From: Nitrospirota bacterium
GTDB taxonomy: Bacteria > Nitrospirota > UBA9217
Reading direction: 5' to 3'
DNA length: 64,000 nucleotides
Assembly: GCA_963663225.1 (NCBI GenBank)
Contig: OY760142.1
Location: forward strand, 736,001 to 800,000
Shown piece by piece: positions 62,602 through 64,000 of this stretch (positions are counted from its first letter, which is position 1; each line of letters opens with the position of its first letter). The notes under the pieces were generated by a model. It was not told where the DNA came from, searched no databases, and worked only from the letters and a program-made list of their open reading frames with translations. The position numbers and the translations under genes are program-made.

Positions 62602-63684
62602 ATGCGCAAAAAAATAGCAAAAATAAAAAATATCGCAAACCTTCTTAAACCGGAAATACGCAGACTCAAGGCGTATTCCGTTGATGAATCCCCCGCCCGC
62701 CTTAAGATGGACGCCATGGAAAACCCATTTCCTTTGCCGGACGAAATCCGGCAGGAATTGGCAGAGGCCCTTAAATCCGAGCAGATCAACCGGTATCCCG
62801 ATCCTTCAGCAGCTCAACTGAAAATGTCACTTGCCGACTTATGGGGCATCGGGACGCAGCGCATGGTCCTGGGCAATGGGTCGGATGAGCTTATTCAGAT
62901 GATCGTTCTCGCCTTCGGCGGACCGGTGCTCGTCCCCGTGCCGACGTTTGCCATGTACGAAATCATTTCCAAAACACTTGCTCAAAGCGTTGTTGCCGTA
63001 CCGCTCAAAAAAGATTTCTCGCTTGATGCTGACAAAATGCTTAAAAAAACCCGCGATGTACGTGCAAAAGTGATCTTCCTCGCCTGTCCCAACAATCCGA
63101 CAGGGAACCGCTTTTCGGATGAAGCAATATTGAAAATACTGAACAAAGCAAATGCAATTGTGGTCATCGATGAAGCATACTTCAGTTTCAGCGGAAAGAC
63201 CTTTCTTCCCCTGCTGAGCAGTTATCCGAATATGATCATACTGCGCACCCTCTCAAAAATCGGGTTCGCAGGACTTCGGATCGGCGCGCTGACAACTTCG
63301 TCAAAACTCATCAACGAACTTGCTAAAATCAGGCTGCCATATAACATTAGCACTCTTTCACAGGCGGCTGCGGTCGTTGCGCTCAGGCATAAGAACACAC
63401 TGAACCGCCAGATTTCCCTGTTGATTTCAGCGCGAGAAAGGCTTTATAATGCCCTGTCGCAGATACACAGTATTACTGTTTATCCTTCAGAAGCAAATTT
63501 TATCCTCTTCAAAACCGGCACTGATGCTGCATATCTGTATGAAAAACTCAGGGAATCCGGGATCCTGATCAAAAACCTGAGCAGACCAGGCATTCTGAGT
63601 AATTGCCTGCGAGTAACAGTGGGCACTCCGGAAGAAAACAATGAATTTGTGGACACGGTCAAAAAGATTCTCAAGACCGTCTGA
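62602..63684 (+). CDS. hisC: Histidinol-phosphate aminotransferase
   Basis: NRYPD, GNGSDELI, PNNPTG, DEAY, RTLSK PLP lysine; start uncertain. Confidence 0.96.
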   Translation: MRKKIAKIKNIANLLKPEIRRLKAYSVDESPARLKMDAMENPFPLPDEIRQELAEALKSEQINRYPDPSAAQLKMSLADLWGIGTQRMVLGNGSDELIQMIVLAFGGPVLVPVPTFAMYEIISKTLAQSVVAVPLKKDFSLDADKMLKKTRDVRAKVIFLACPNNPTGNRFSDEAILKILNKANAIVVIDEAYFSFSGKTFLPLLSSYPNMIILRTLSKIGFAGLRIGALTTSSKLINELAKIRLPYNISTLSQAAAVVALRHKNTLNRQISLLISARERLYNALSQIHSITVYPSEANFILFKTGTDAAYLYEKLRESGILIKNLSRPGILSNCLRVTVGTPEENNEFVDTVKKILKTV

Positions 63685-64000
63685 TGCACCCGATGACGTT
63701 TCAGGAGTTCAAAAAGAAAAGACACAATCGCCAAAAATGCACCTGGTTTGGTTTGCCGTTCATACTCGTTGCAGGATGGTTTTTCCCGGTGCTGGGATAC
63801 ATTGTTCCGGCAGGTGCAGCTGCGGCGCTTCTTATTGCGCCTTATAAAGGGCGGTATTGGTGCGACTGGCTCTGCCCGATGGGCAGTTTTTACGATCTTT
63901 ACCTGAATAAAATCAGCAAAAAAGGAACAGTACCTTCCTTTTTCAGAAAAAGACTTTTTAAAACAGCAACAGGTCTCATCGTACTCGGGGCGGCAAGCCT
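63684..64000 (+). CDS. NapH/FixG-like 4Fe-4S-binding membrane protein (partial, runs off window end)
   Basis: Manual translation from ATG overlapping the hisC TGA: MHPMTFQEF...TM...GRYWCDWLCPMGSFYD. Confidence 0.8.
   Translation, partial: MHPMTFQEFKKKRHNRQKCTWFGLPFILVAGWFFPVLGYIVPAGAAAALLIAPYKGRYWCDWLCPMGSFYDLYLNKISKKGTVPSFFRKRLFKTATGLIVLGAAS

Overview
Bacterial chromosome window of about 50% GC. The sequence style of EF-Tu/RpoB and the gene order suggest Nitrospirota or a deltaproteobacteria-like diderm (inference). 1-29.4 kb is a minus-strand translation/transcription supercluster: tRNA-Thr/Tyr/Gly/Thr, tuf, rpmG, tRNA-Trp, secE-nusG-rplKAJL-rpoBC, rpsLG-fusA-tuf, then S10/spc genes to secY and a truncated map. 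It has no adk, two apparently identical tuf copies and an N-terminally extended uL5. 29.6-42.8 kb holds rlmB-cysS, an orphan LigD phosphoesterase domain, and hemE-hemH and hemY separated by an accessory block of about 5.8 kb (TPR/Ala-Lys-repeat protein, small secreted protein, SSS symporter, PaaK-like ligase, ACT protein), followed by a miniature DsrE/F/H-like triad. 42.8-53 kb is an MSHA-like type IV filament locus: platform protein, major pilin, three minor pilins, a large PilX/MshP-like protein with a phage-like module and three tandem repeats, a stand-alone MerR-type HTH, PilM/N/O, PilP/MshK-like protein and secretin, with no ATPase in the window. 53-64 kb holds rho, rpmE, DUF1385, prfA-prmC-murA, hisD-hisG, a second MshA-like pilin in its own terminator-bounded cassette, hisC and a truncated NapH/FixG-like protein. 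No CRISPR array, rRNA, integrase or transposase was seen. The best novelty candidate is the MSHA-like pilus system with its modular tip protein, small regulator and orphan second pilin. All calls come from reading the sequence; no searches were run.
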